From Chloroflexota bacterium (GTDB lineage: Bacteria > Chloroflexota > Dehalococcoidia > Lucifugimonadales > Australimonadaceae): a DNA stretch of 64,000 nucleotides. Positions 25,417 to 33,197 of this stretch are shown in pieces (the first letter of the stretch is position 1; each line of letters begins with the position of its first letter). Under the pieces are notes generated by a model that did not search any database, was not told the origin of the DNA, and was given only the letters and a program-made list of their open reading frames with translations. The position numbers and the translations under genes are program-made. The stretch spans positions 15,819 to 79,818 of the forward strand of contig VXQP01000084.1 of the NCBI GenBank assembly GCA_009838965.1, given 5' to 3'.

Positions 25417-25512
25417 GGCATCTCCTCCGCTCTAATGATTTTCGATCCCCCTCAGCGGTACTCTATCGCAGCCGGACCGGGTCCGTGCACGGACCCTCTA
25501 TGCGTGTCCCGC

Positions 25513-26730
25513 CTATCCTGCTGTGAACTTCTCCGCTTCCTCCGAACCGCCCGTAGCGTCGCCTTCGCTGTAGGAATGCGCCCCCGTCCCGGCAAGCCCG
25601 CCCCCCTGCACGATGAGGTACTCGTCCCGGATCGGCCGTCCCTCGAACCAGCACTCCAGGATCTCCCGGACACCCGCCGCATAGCGGGCCTGCGCCGAAA
25701 GGGAAGTGCCCGAGGTGTGCGGCGTCATCGCGTGGCTGGGCATCGTCCGCCAGGGATGGTCGTTGGGAGGCGGCTGCGGGAACCAGACGTCGCCCGCGTA
25801 CCCTGCCAGCTGGCCGCTCTCCAGCGCCCTGACGATGGCGTCGCGGTCGCAGATCTTGCCGCGGGCAGTATTGACGATGTACGACCCACGCTTCATCCTG
25901 CCGATCAGGGCGTCATTGAACATGTGCTCGGTCTCCGGGTGCAGAGGGCAGTGGATGCTGACCACGTCGCAGACGCTGACCAGTGATCCGACGGTCTCGT
26001 GGAACATCAGGCCGAGCTCCTGCTCCACGTCGGCGGAGAGCCGGTGCCTGTCCGTGTAGTGGAGGTTCACGTCGAAGGGCTTCATCCGCTTCAGCACGCC
26101 GAGCCCTATCCTCCCGGCTGCCACGACGCCCACGTCCATCCCCTCGATATCGTACGAGCGGGAGACCGCGTCGGCGATGTTCCAGCCGCCTCTGACCACC
26201 CAGCCGTACTGGGGGATGTAGTCCCTGACCAGGGCCAGCATCTGCATCACGGCGTGCTCCGCGACGCTGACGCTGTTGCACCACGTCACCTCGCACACCG
26301 TGATGCCCCGGTCGATGGCGGACTGCAGGTCGACGTGGTCCGACCCGATGCCCGCGGTGACGGCCAGCTTGAGGTTGGGCGCCTTCGCTATGCGCTCGGC
26401 GGTCAGGTACCCGGGCCAGAAGGGTTGGGAGATGACGATGTCCGCGTCGGGCAGCTCCCGCTCGAAAACGGAGTCGGGGCCGTCCTTGTCCGAGGTGACG
26501 ACGAACCGATGCCCCCGCTCGGTCAGGAACTTCTCCAGCCCAAGCCCGCCCGAAACGGACCCCAGGAGATGACCGGGGGTGAAGTCTCGGGCGGTTGGCG
26601 AGGGCAGCGTCTGACCGTCGGGGTAGTGCGTGAGCGTGGGGATTCTGTCCCGGGCGTAGGCGGGAGGGAACCCGCTTACTGGATCGTCGTAGAGAACGCA
26701 CAGCACTTTCTGGGAAGAATCGGTGCTCAT
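25513..26730 (-). CDS. fdh: NAD-dependent formate dehydrogenase (D-2-hydroxyacid dehydrogenase superfamily)
   Basis: Closely resembles metal-independent FDHs: KVLCVLYDDP, FVVTSDKDGPDSVFE, PFWPGYLTAERIAKAPNLKLAVTAGIGSDHVDL, VAAGRIGL, and TPHTSGTSLSAQARYA. Confidence 0.85.
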   Translation of the reverse strand: MSTDSSQKVLCVLYDDPVSGFPPAYARDRIPTLTHYPDGQTLPSPTARDFTPGHLLGSVSGGLGLEKFLTERGHRFVVTSDKDGPDSVFERELPDADIVISQPFWPGYLTAERIAKAPNLKLAVTAGIGSDHVDLQSAIDRGITVCEVTWCNSVSVAEHAVMQMLALVRDYIPQYGWVVRGGWNIADAVSRSYDIEGMDVGVVAAGRIGLGVLKRMKPFDVNLHYTDRHRLSADVEQELGLMFHETVGSLVSVCDVVSIHCPLHPETEHMFNDALIGRMKRGSYIVNTARGKICDRDAIVRALESGQLAGYAGDVWFPQPPPNDHPWRTMPSHAMTPHTSGTSLSAQARYAAGVREILECWFEGRPIRDEYLIVQGGGLAGTGAHSYSEGDATGGSEEAEKFTAG

Positions 26731-26811
26731 GCCACACCTCCGCAGGTCCGTTCACGCACAGTTTATGCGGGGCTGCCTGCGCGGGAAACCGCGTTGCCGA
26801 CGGAGTCCCGG

Positions 26812-28563
26812 CTACCGCGTTCCCGGTGGGCCGACGCGGACCGTGATGATGTCCATGCCGTGGAACTGCTGGTGCCGCACCGACGAGGCGTAGCGCCGCA
26901 GCAGCCGCAGTGATATCTCGTTCTCTGACACAGTCTCCTCGTCGTGTTGCTGCAGTTGCCGGATGCGGTCCTCCATGTTCTCTTCGTCTCCGCCGCCGAT
27001 GAACTCTAGGTCCGCTATCGGTCCCTCGCTCGACGCCAGCACCACCAGCCGGCGCGTCTCCTGGTCGTCGTCGTCAGCGTCCAGGTCGAGCGTCAGGTCG
27101 AGCGGCGCGAGCGTCAGCAGCGTCTCCTCCGCAACCGCGCTCAGCCGCTCTTTCATCGGTTCGTCCCATCCCCTGCTCTCGGCGAACCGCTCCGTGAACG
27201 CGAAGAGGTCCGGCAGCACCTCGGCGTCGAGCTTGGACTCGAAGCGCATCCGCCGCTTCTTGGTGAACTCCAGGAACAGGATCATTACGATCGCGGCGAC
27301 TCCTCCGGTGGTGATGGCGCTCTTCACCAGCGCCCCGAACACCGGACCGAGCTGCGGAAGCGTGAACAGGTCGAACTGGAACGACGCGCCTATCCAGAAG
27401 GAGATGCCCGCAACGATGAGCTTCTGCGTGTTCTGCTCGGACTGGATCACCGTCCGCGCGCCGTCCACGAACAACATGCCGGTGACGAGGATGAGGTAGC
27501 CCGCCATCACGGGCCCCGGCAGGCTGCTCAACAGCCCGGACAGCTTCGGGAGGAACGCCACGAGGATGAAGATAGCGCCGATGGAGTAGCCCATCCTGCG
27601 CGAAGCGACGCCGGTGACCTGGATGAAGGAGACGATGGCCGGGTTCGCCGCATTGGGCACAGCTCCGGTCACGCCCGCCAGTGCATTGCTCACGCCTGCG
27701 CCCGTCAACGCCCCTTGCACCTGCCGGAAATCGACGGCCTTCACCTCACGCTGGGAGACGCGCTGGTGCGTTATCGCCTGTCCGTTCACCTGGATCGCGA
27801 TGATGACGCCGAGGAACAAGAACGCCGGCAGCAGCGTCCAGAAATCGACCCCGAGGTCCAGCGCCAGCCCCGGCGCCTCGGAGGGAAGCCCAACCCAGGC
27901 GGACTGCGTGATCCGGCTGGTGTCGTAGATACCGAACGCTGCAGCGACAAGGACGCCCACCACGATGCCGATCATCGGCGCCCACAGGCGCAACCGCACG
28001 CTGCCCCGCATCGTGAGCGCGGTGACGACCGTCAGCGTCGCCAGCGCAGTCAGCGGCGCGGCCACCGGCTCCTCTATCGACGCGTCGTCCAGGAGCCCGA
28101 AGACGACCGACGCCAGCGTGATGGAGAGGATCATCATCACCGTGCCGCTCACGACGGGCGTGACGAGCCGCCGCAGGATGAACAGCCACCTGGCGACGAC
28201 GAACTGGAACGCCGCCGAGGCGAGCACTAATGTCGTCAGCGTCGCCGGACCGCCGTCCACCACCGCCGTGATGCAGAACGGGATGGCGAAGGCCGCCGTG
28301 AAGAACGGCATCACCGCGCCCGCGCCCAATGGGCCCAGGCGGCGCACCTGAACCAGCGTGGAGAGGCCAACCGCCAGCAGCGAGGCGAAGACCATCCACG
28401 TCACGTACGGCTCGCCTCTGTCCGACGCATTCGCCACGATGACCGGCGTCACCAGCAACGTGGCGGACGCGATCATGCTGAACTGCAGGCCGTAACCGAA
28501 CGAGGTCCGCCAGGGCGGGTTCTCGTGCGCCTCATACCGGGGATTCTGCGTTGCCGTGGCCAG
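26812..28563 (-). CDS. NCS2 (nucleobase:cation symporter-2 / xanthine-uracil permease) family transporter with a C-terminal cytoplasmic extension of about 150 aa
   Basis: Polytopic NCS2-like core. The track start (ATG 28476) falls inside the conserved TM1 motif (FGYGLQFS-M-IASATLLVTPVIV). The frame stays open upstream to the TGA at 28578-28576 and contains no ATG, GTG or TTG. A CTG at 28563 follows GGAGG by 7 nt, so I extend the gene to it, tentatively. Confidence 0.7.
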   Translation of the reverse strand: MATATQNPRYEAHENPPWRTSFGYGLQFSMIASATLLVTPVIVANASDRGEPYVTWMVFASLLAVGLSTLVQVRRLGPLGAGAVMPFFTAAFAIPFCITAVVDGGPATLTTLVLASAAFQFVVARWLFILRRLVTPVVSGTVMMILSITLASVVFGLLDDASIEEPVAAPLTALATLTVVTALTMRGSVRLRLWAPMIGIVVGVLVAAAFGIYDTSRITQSAWVGLPSEAPGLALDLGVDFWTLLPAFLFLGVIIAIQVNGQAITHQRVSQREVKAVDFRQVQGALTGAGVSNALAGVTGAVPNAANPAIVSFIQVTGVASRRMGYSIGAIFILVAFLPKLSGLLSSLPGPVMAGYLILVTGMLFVDGARTVIQSEQNTQKLIVAGISFWIGASFQFDLFTLPQLGPVFGALVKSAITTGGVAAIVMILFLEFTKKRRMRFESKLDAEVLPDLFAFTERFAESRGWDEPMKERLSAVAEETLLTLAPLDLTLDLDADDDDQETRRLVVLASSEGPIADLEFIGGGDEENMEDRIRQLQQHDEETVSENEISLRLLRRYASSVRHQQFHGMDIITVRVGPPGTR

Positions 28564-28687
28564 TGCTCCCCCTCCTCAGGCAGAGGTCATATCGCTATCG
28601 ACGCAACTTTACTACGGCCACGCCCGTCCCGTAGCGCCTCCCCCCTGCCTGTCACCTGCCATGGTTGCGGTAGCGCTCTTGTCTGTC

Positions 28688-28707
28688 GTTCCTGCGAAGG
28701 CAGGAAC
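28688..28707. repeat. REP-like hairpin gttcctgc-gaag-gcaggaac abutting the YihY stop codon
   Basis: Perfect 8-bp stem with a 4-nt loop, directly after the stop at 28710-28708 on the minus strand. A member of a dispersed family (see 56840-56857). Confidence 0.6.
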
Positions 28708-29616
28708 CTACTGCCGCCGTGTCGGAGTCTCCGGTGGTCGCAACTCGCCCGCAGCCCTCGTCAGCGCCGCGCCGTACAAGAAGATCATGCCCGCGACGTA
28801 CCCCCACATCAGCAGCAGGACGAATGAAGAGATAGGCCCGTAGACCGCGTTCCGCTGGGCAGCAAGGCCCGTGAACCAGAAGAACAGGTGCTTGCCCGCC
28901 TCGAACAGCACGATGGCCGTCACCGCGCCGAACATCGCGTCCCTCCATTCCAGGCGGACGTTCGGCATGAGGTAATACACCAGCGCGAAGAGCGCCATGG
29001 TGAAGAACGCGGGCAACAGCGCCGAGACGGCGCCCAGCGCAAGGACGACGATGCCGGAGAGCGCTCCGGTCGACTCGGTTATTCCCTCGCTGAAGCGCAC
29101 CGCCAGCTGGAGCGACGCCGAGACTCCGATCGACAGCAGCAACAGGAGCACGATGGTCGTCGTAAGCGTCACTTGCAGAACGGTTATGCGGAGGACTTTC
29201 TGCGTCTCAACGCCAAAGACCCTGTTCAGGGCCCTGGTCGCAGCCATGAACAGCCCGTTGGCCCCCATGACCAGGCTCGCAAACGCCACCAGCCCGATGG
29301 CCAGCGAACCCCGGAGCAGGTTCTCCACGGCGTCATGTATCAGGCTCTGCGACGTCGGGAAGTAGTAGAGGAGCACCTCTGTCAGCCTCTCCCTGAGGAC
29401 TTCCGGGTCTCCGAGAAAGGCTATCGCCATGATGGCCAGCGCCACCGCCGGGAGGAGCGACAGGATCGTGAAATAGGCGAGCGAGCCCGCGAGGTCGATG
29501 CCGCCCGCCTGGAGCAGGATGCGCACCGCCCTCGCCATGGCCGCGCCGCGCCACGCCCCTCTCTTCCTGGGCAACTCGCGCGATAGCCGTCGGATCCTTG
29601 CCTGTCTGCGCTTCAA
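28708..29616 (-). CDS. YihY/BrkB family inner-membrane protein
   Basis: The family signature DLAGSLAYFTILSLLPAV is followed by six TM segments. The start is uncertain: TTG 29616, ATG 29538, or the track start 29730. The track start would overlap the divergent gene. Confidence 0.75.
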   Translation of the reverse strand: MKRRQARIRRLSRELPRKRGAWRGAAMARAVRILLQAGGIDLAGSLAYFTILSLLPAVALAIMAIAFLGDPEVLRERLTEVLLYYFPTSQSLIHDAVENLLRGSLAIGLVAFASLVMGANGLFMAATRALNRVFGVETQKVLRITVLQVTLTTTIVLLLLLSIGVSASLQLAVRFSEGITESTGALSGIVVLALGAVSALLPAFFTMALFALVYYLMPNVRLEWRDAMFGAVTAIVLFEAGKHLFFWFTGLAAQRNAVYGPISSFVLLLMWGYVAGMIFLYGAALTRAAGELRPPETPTRRQ

Positions 29617-29720
29617 CCGTGGTTCCTGCTCAACTGCCTGGCTGACTCTCGATTCTACGTCCCTGCACCTGCGAAGCGTGCTGCATTGCGTTGCCTGATG
29701 TGCCCGGCTATCTTCCCGGC

Positions 29721-30605
29721 ATGAACACACCGCTTCCCTGTGGATACGCCAGCGAGGGCCAGGGAGTAACGCCCCTGGCTGCCGCGCTGGAATCGGGCGC
29801 GATGCGCGAACAGGGCTTCGACGTCACCCTCGCCAAGATGGGCGATGCGCACGCGGTCGTGGCCGGGCTGGCGGCGGGCGCCATCGTCTTCGGCAACCTC
29901 GCGGCACCCGCGCTCGTGCTCGCGGGAGCGGAGGGCAGGGCGGACCTCGTCTTCCTCGCGGGCGGCGTCAACCAGCAGTTCCTCGTGGGCGCTCCCGGCA
30001 TGACGCTCGGCGCCCTGCGAGGCCGGCCCCTCGGCATGAGTCATCCCGGCGACCTCACCGACTTCCTCGGCCAGCTCACCATCGACCGCGTACTCGGCGG
30101 CTCGGGCGAGCTTCGCTCAGTCGGCGGCAGCCAGTCCCGCCTCCAAGCGGTCCTGAACGGCGAGGTGGCAGCAACGCCGCTCTCTCCGCCCACTGCGGTG
30201 CAGGCCAAGCACGCCGGGTGCCCGTGGCTGTACGACTACGCGGAGATGGGTCTGAACTTCGCCATCGGCGGCATCGCGGCCCCGCGCTCGCTCACCGAGT
30301 CCGAGCCGGATCTTGTGCATCGCTTCCTGCGCGGCTACCTGGAGGGGCAGCGCCGCTACAAGCAGGACCGTGACTTCGGCATAGCGGTCCACGAGAAGTA
30401 CGGCGAGACTACGCGCTCCATTGCAGAGGAGACCTACGACGTCACCCACGCCGGCTTCCGCGACTTCCCCGACCCGGCCACCGAGGGCATGCGGATGCTC
30501 GTCGACTTCTGGAAGAGTGCCGGCATCATCCCCGAAGCGTTCGACGTCGAAAGCGTCGTCGACTCAGGCCCCATCGCCGTGGTCTGCGGTCACAAGGCAC
30601 GATGA
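29721..30605 (+). CDS. NMT1/THI5-like (NitT/TauT-type) substrate-binding-fold protein, no obvious signal peptide
   Basis: Periplasmic-binding-protein type 2 pattern (GLAAGAIVFGNLAAPALVLA...). ATG at 29721. Its last 15 codons are duplicated at 31654-31697. Confidence 0.55.
   Translation: MNTPLPCGYASEGQGVTPLAAALESGAMREQGFDVTLAKMGDAHAVVAGLAAGAIVFGNLAAPALVLAGAEGRADLVFLAGGVNQQFLVGAPGMTLGALRGRPLGMSHPGDLTDFLGQLTIDRVLGGSGELRSVGGSQSRLQAVLNGEVAATPLSPPTAVQAKHAGCPWLYDYAEMGLNFAIGGIAAPRSLTESEPDLVHRFLRGYLEGQRRYKQDRDFGIAVHEKYGETTRSIAEETYDVTHAGFRDFPDPATEGMRMLVDFWKSAGIIPEAFDVESVVDSGPIAVVCGHKAR
30544..30589 (+). repeat. Direct repeat, left copy (46 bp), inside the 3-prime end of the SBP-like gene
   Basis: acgtcgaaagcgtcgtcgactcaggccccatcgccgtggtctgcgg matches 31652-31697 at 43 of 46 positions by hand alignment. 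Confidence 0.85.
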
Positions 30606-31651
30606 GCGCCTCCTAACTGCCGACCCCTGCTCAGGGTTTCACCCCTTGTAGATGTTCTCGTTGTGCCAAGCAAGCGCACTAGGGTCAGGGCGCAGGTTGG
30701 GCCGATCTGGGACTCGTATCCGCGTTCCGTGCAAGGCGTAGTAGTCGCGACCATTCTCGAATTCTTCCCGAATGGCTCGACTCACCTCGAATTCCCACGA
30801 CGGTGTGACGGTCACGTATCCAGCGTCAAACAGACTATGGATGTCTCGCCGCAGCAAGAGCCCGTTGCTCACTTCATGGTCACCACCCAGATGATATGGG
30901 AAAATGTGCGCTGCATCTAATGCAGGTAGCGTCCGTTCTTGTGTGACAGCGCAGCGACGGTGGTATGTATCTGTAACCACGAAACGGAACGCTCCTTGGC
31001 CAAGTCGAGGCAAGACCAGAGTGGGTTCTCCGTAGGGTACTCTTGTTTCGGCTAACTGTTGGCTCAGTCGCTTGCTCGTATGAGCATGGGCTGCCTGCCA
31101 CAGATAGAGCCCTTCTTCGTCATTAGTATTGTAGGTCTTGAAAGTAACGATGTTCTTGGCCCAGCTCTCGGGAGGGCGAATCCAGTCAGATTCGTCAAGA
31201 AAGAATGTTTGCGTTAGGATCCGGCAACCAATGTTGAAGTCGTTCTGGTAGTTCGTATCCGCTCTGCGGTATTTGATGATGCGTTCACGCATCTGCCCTA
31301 GAGAATGAGCTCCATTAGCCTCTCCGAATATCTCCCATGCAAGAGAACACGGAAATTGGTTAGCGTAGGCAAAGATTCCTCCACCTACAATCATGTCATA
31401 TGGGGCATGTAACTTGAACAAGAACAGCTCTCCCGGTTGTAAGGCCCGGAAGTTCTTGGGCGATGGTGCCCAGAAATTTACCTCGCTTAGGTCAGGAAGC
31501 TGCTTGAGCGTCACGAACCAGTCATAATCCGTAACGGCGACGACTACATTAATCGCCATCACTCGCCTCCTCATGTAGGCGCGACGCCTTGTAGCGGTGC
31601 CTAAACGCAGGCATCTGGTTTGCGTGGGTTATCCTACCAGAGACGCCGTGC
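30590..31651. mobile_element. Putative inserted low-G+C cassette of about 1.1 kb carrying only an HNH endonuclease gene
   Basis: Bracketed by the 46-bp direct repeats. Hand counts of two 60-nt lines inside (31141-31260) give 45-52% G+C, against 68% for a line of the flanking gene (30421-30480). No integrase or transposase is present. Confidence 0.5.
30639..31559 (-). CDS. HNH endonuclease (HNH_2-type C-terminal nuclease with an N-terminal reader-like domain of about 170 aa); type IV-restriction-like
   Basis: The C-terminal motif RLGQGAFRFVVTDTYHRRCAVT...LDAAHIFPYHLGGDHEVSNGLLLRRDIHSLFDAGYV fits the HNH_2 pattern. The ATG at 31559 is preceded by a perfect AGGAGG with a 6-nt spacer; the track start 31574 lies inside that RBS. 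Confidence 0.8.
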   Translation of the reverse strand: MAINVVVAVTDYDWFVTLKQLPDLSEVNFWAPSPKNFRALQPGELFLFKLHAPYDMIVGGGIFAYANQFPCSLAWEIFGEANGAHSLGQMRERIIKYRRADTNYQNDFNIGCRILTQTFFLDESDWIRPPESWAKNIVTFKTYNTNDEEGLYLWQAAHAHTSKRLSQQLAETRVPYGEPTLVLPRLGQGAFRFVVTDTYHRRCAVTQERTLPALDAAHIFPYHLGGDHEVSNGLLLRRDIHSLFDAGYVTVTPSWEFEVSRAIREEFENGRDYYALHGTRIRVPDRPNLRPDPSALAWHNENIYKG

Positions 31652-31704
31652 ACGTCGAGAGCATCGTCGACTCAGGCCCCATCGCCGCGGTCTGCGGCGG
31701 ATAA
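31651..31704 (+). pseudogene. Displaced remnant of the 3-prime end of the SBP-like gene (right direct repeat plus its own stop)
   Basis: Reads HVESIVDSGPIAAVCGG-TAA. The intact gene has VESVVDSGPIAVVCGHKAR-TGA in the same relative frame. There is no upstream coding continuity. Confidence 0.6.
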
Positions 31705-31753
31705 GCGTAGGGTCCTGCGTTGCACGCGCGATGGGGATGAACCAGGGGAACCG

Positions 31754-31830
31754 TGGTGGGCGGTAGAGGACTCGAACCTCTGGCCTCCGCGATGTCAACG
31801 CGACGCTCTAACCAACTGAGCTAACCGCCC
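31754..31830 (-). tRNA. tRNA-Val (anticodon GAC)
   Basis: Hand-folded cloverleaf: acceptor GGGCGGT/ACCGCCC, D arm GCTC-AGTTGGTTA-GAGC, anticodon stem TCGCG/CGCGG with loop TTGACAT, variable AGGCC, T arm AGAGG-TTCGAGT-CCTCT, discriminator A and an encoded CCA. A TGCTATACT (extended -10-like) sequence lies about 18 nt upstream. Confidence 0.93.
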
Positions 31831-31969
31831 CCGTCCACCGTCCACCGAGTATAGCATCCCCCTGCCGCGCCACGGGGCCGCCAACGGGCATCGTGCGGGT
31901 GTGCTACCATCGTCCGCGTTGTACGCCCCCCGGTACACCGCGGGTCGGCCATACGAACGGAGGAGGTGG

Positions 31970-32179
31970 ATGATGGTGGAAACAGCACTGCCCGCATGCC
32001 AGGCATGCAATGAAGGAGACCTCGTTCCGCTCTCGGACTTCGGTAGCCAGGGCGCGCCGATCCATTACAAGGCATGGGTCTGCACCAACCCCGACTGCGG
32101 CTTCAACCTCAAGATTCGCAACGGCGACGTCTACATCAACGAGCCCATCAACAACGGCGCCACAGCAGGCAGGCGCTAG
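31970..32179 (+). CDS. Small zinc-ribbon protein (69 aa)
   Basis: The ATG at 31970 has GGAGGAGG upstream. Two Cys pairs: CQAC...CTNPDC (MMVETALPACQACNEGDLVPLSDF...KAWVCTNPDCGFNLKI). Confidence 0.5.
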   Translation: MMVETALPACQACNEGDLVPLSDFGSQGAPIHYKAWVCTNPDCGFNLKIRNGDVYINEPINNGATAGRR

Positions 32180-32187
32180 CCCCTGCG

Positions 32188-32235
32188 CCGTCGTTCCTGC
32201 AAAGGCCCGCGCTTTAGCGCGCAACCTCGCAGCCC
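32188..32235 (+). repeat. 48-nt structured repeat, copy 1 (just after the zinc-ribbon ORF stop)
   Basis: ccgtcgttcctgcaaaggcccgcgctttagcgcgcaacctcgcagccc matches 34077-34124 at 45 of 48 positions. It contains the hairpin cgcgc-ttta-gcgcg flanked by ctgc...gcag. Confidence 0.8.
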
Positions 32236-32252
32236 GGTGTGCGTAGTGGTTG

Positions 32253-33098
32253 ATGATGAGTCCCTCTAAAGCCACGACTTCTCACGTCCCGCGCCCACGA
32301 CGCGTGTCCGCGACCGGCGTGGCGCTGCTCGTTGTGGGCGCGCTCCTGCTCGCCGCTGCCGCCGCCTATTACGCCTACGGTTTCTTCGCGGGACGCGATC
32401 TGGACCGCCTCGACGTCACCGTCACCGGGCCTGTCAGTGAGACTCTGCCGCGCGCTGCCGGCACGACGCATGAGGGGCCGTCCCCGGCCGCGCAGGAGCT
32501 CTATCCGGGCTCGCTCATGCCCGCCCGCCAGTGGGCCGACCCGCGGGGCGCGATCAATCTCGGCGTGCCCGATCTGGAAGGCTTCATCCCCCTCAGCAAC
32601 GAGGGGCAGCCCCACATCGCCGGGGTCGTCGGGAGGGCGGAGCGCATCGTCATCCCCCAACTCAACGTCGACGCGGAGGTGGAGGAGCTCAGCATCATCA
32701 ACCTCGCGTCGAGCGCAGCGTACGAGACTCCCGCGTTCACGGTCGGCCACATCCCCACGACACCGAACCCGGGCTCGGCGGGGAACGGTTGGTACTTCGG
32801 CCACCTGGAGAACCCGATACAGGGCGAGGGCAACGTCTTCCTGCGCCTGCCCGAGATCGCCGACCTGCTGCGCGATGGCGACGATGTGCATGTCATCCTC
32901 ATGTCGGGCGGGCGCGAGTACCTCTACCTCGTGAACGGCACGAGCACCACGCACGCCGACGACCTCGCGCTCTACCCGTCAGACGACGCCCGGATCTCGC
33001 TCGTCACCTGCTTCCCGCGCCTCAAGTACGACCAGCGCCTCATCGTCACCGCGCAGCTTGTCGCCTTCAGGGATGTCCCCGCGCCCGAAAGTACGTGA
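32253..33098 (+). CDS. Sortase family transpeptidase (membrane-anchored)
   Basis: N-terminal TM anchor (VALLVVGALLLAAAAAYYAY). The sortase core has IVIPQLNVDAEV, a His in TVGHIP, the catalytic-Cys motif ISLVTCFP and a downstream Arg (DQRLIV). Confidence 0.72.
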   Translation: MMSPSKATTSHVPRPRRVSATGVALLVVGALLLAAAAAYYAYGFFAGRDLDRLDVTVTGPVSETLPRAAGTTHEGPSPAAQELYPGSLMPARQWADPRGAINLGVPDLEGFIPLSNEGQPHIAGVVGRAERIVIPQLNVDAEVEELSIINLASSAAYETPAFTVGHIPTTPNPGSAGNGWYFGHLENPIQGEGNVFLRLPEIADLLRDGDDVHVILMSGGREYLYLVNGTSTTHADDLALYPSDDARISLVTCFPRLKYDQRLIVTAQLVAFRDVPAPEST

Positions 33099-33197
33099 AT
33101 CCGCCGCGCCCGAAAGCGCGTAGAATAGAAGTGATGGATTGCCCTGTCTGATCCCTTCCCTCTTGACGGGGGAAGGTTAGGATGGGGGTGAATTGGC

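Noticed and set aside
24340-25986. 548-aa plus-strand ORF, and the 487-aa minus-strand ORF at 23945-25408
   Set aside because: They are antisense or off-frame to the Zn-ADH and FDH genes, which have unmistakable catalytic motifs. Only the last 123 codons of the 487-aa ORF (the VOC protein) are real.
30590-31830. Classical tRNA-targeting integrative element (att site formed from the tRNA 3-prime end)
   Set aside because: I found no copy of the tRNA-Val 3-prime segment on the far side of the low-G+C cassette, and no integrase gene. The direct repeats derive from the SBP-like gene, not from the tRNA. The tRNA proximity may therefore be incidental.
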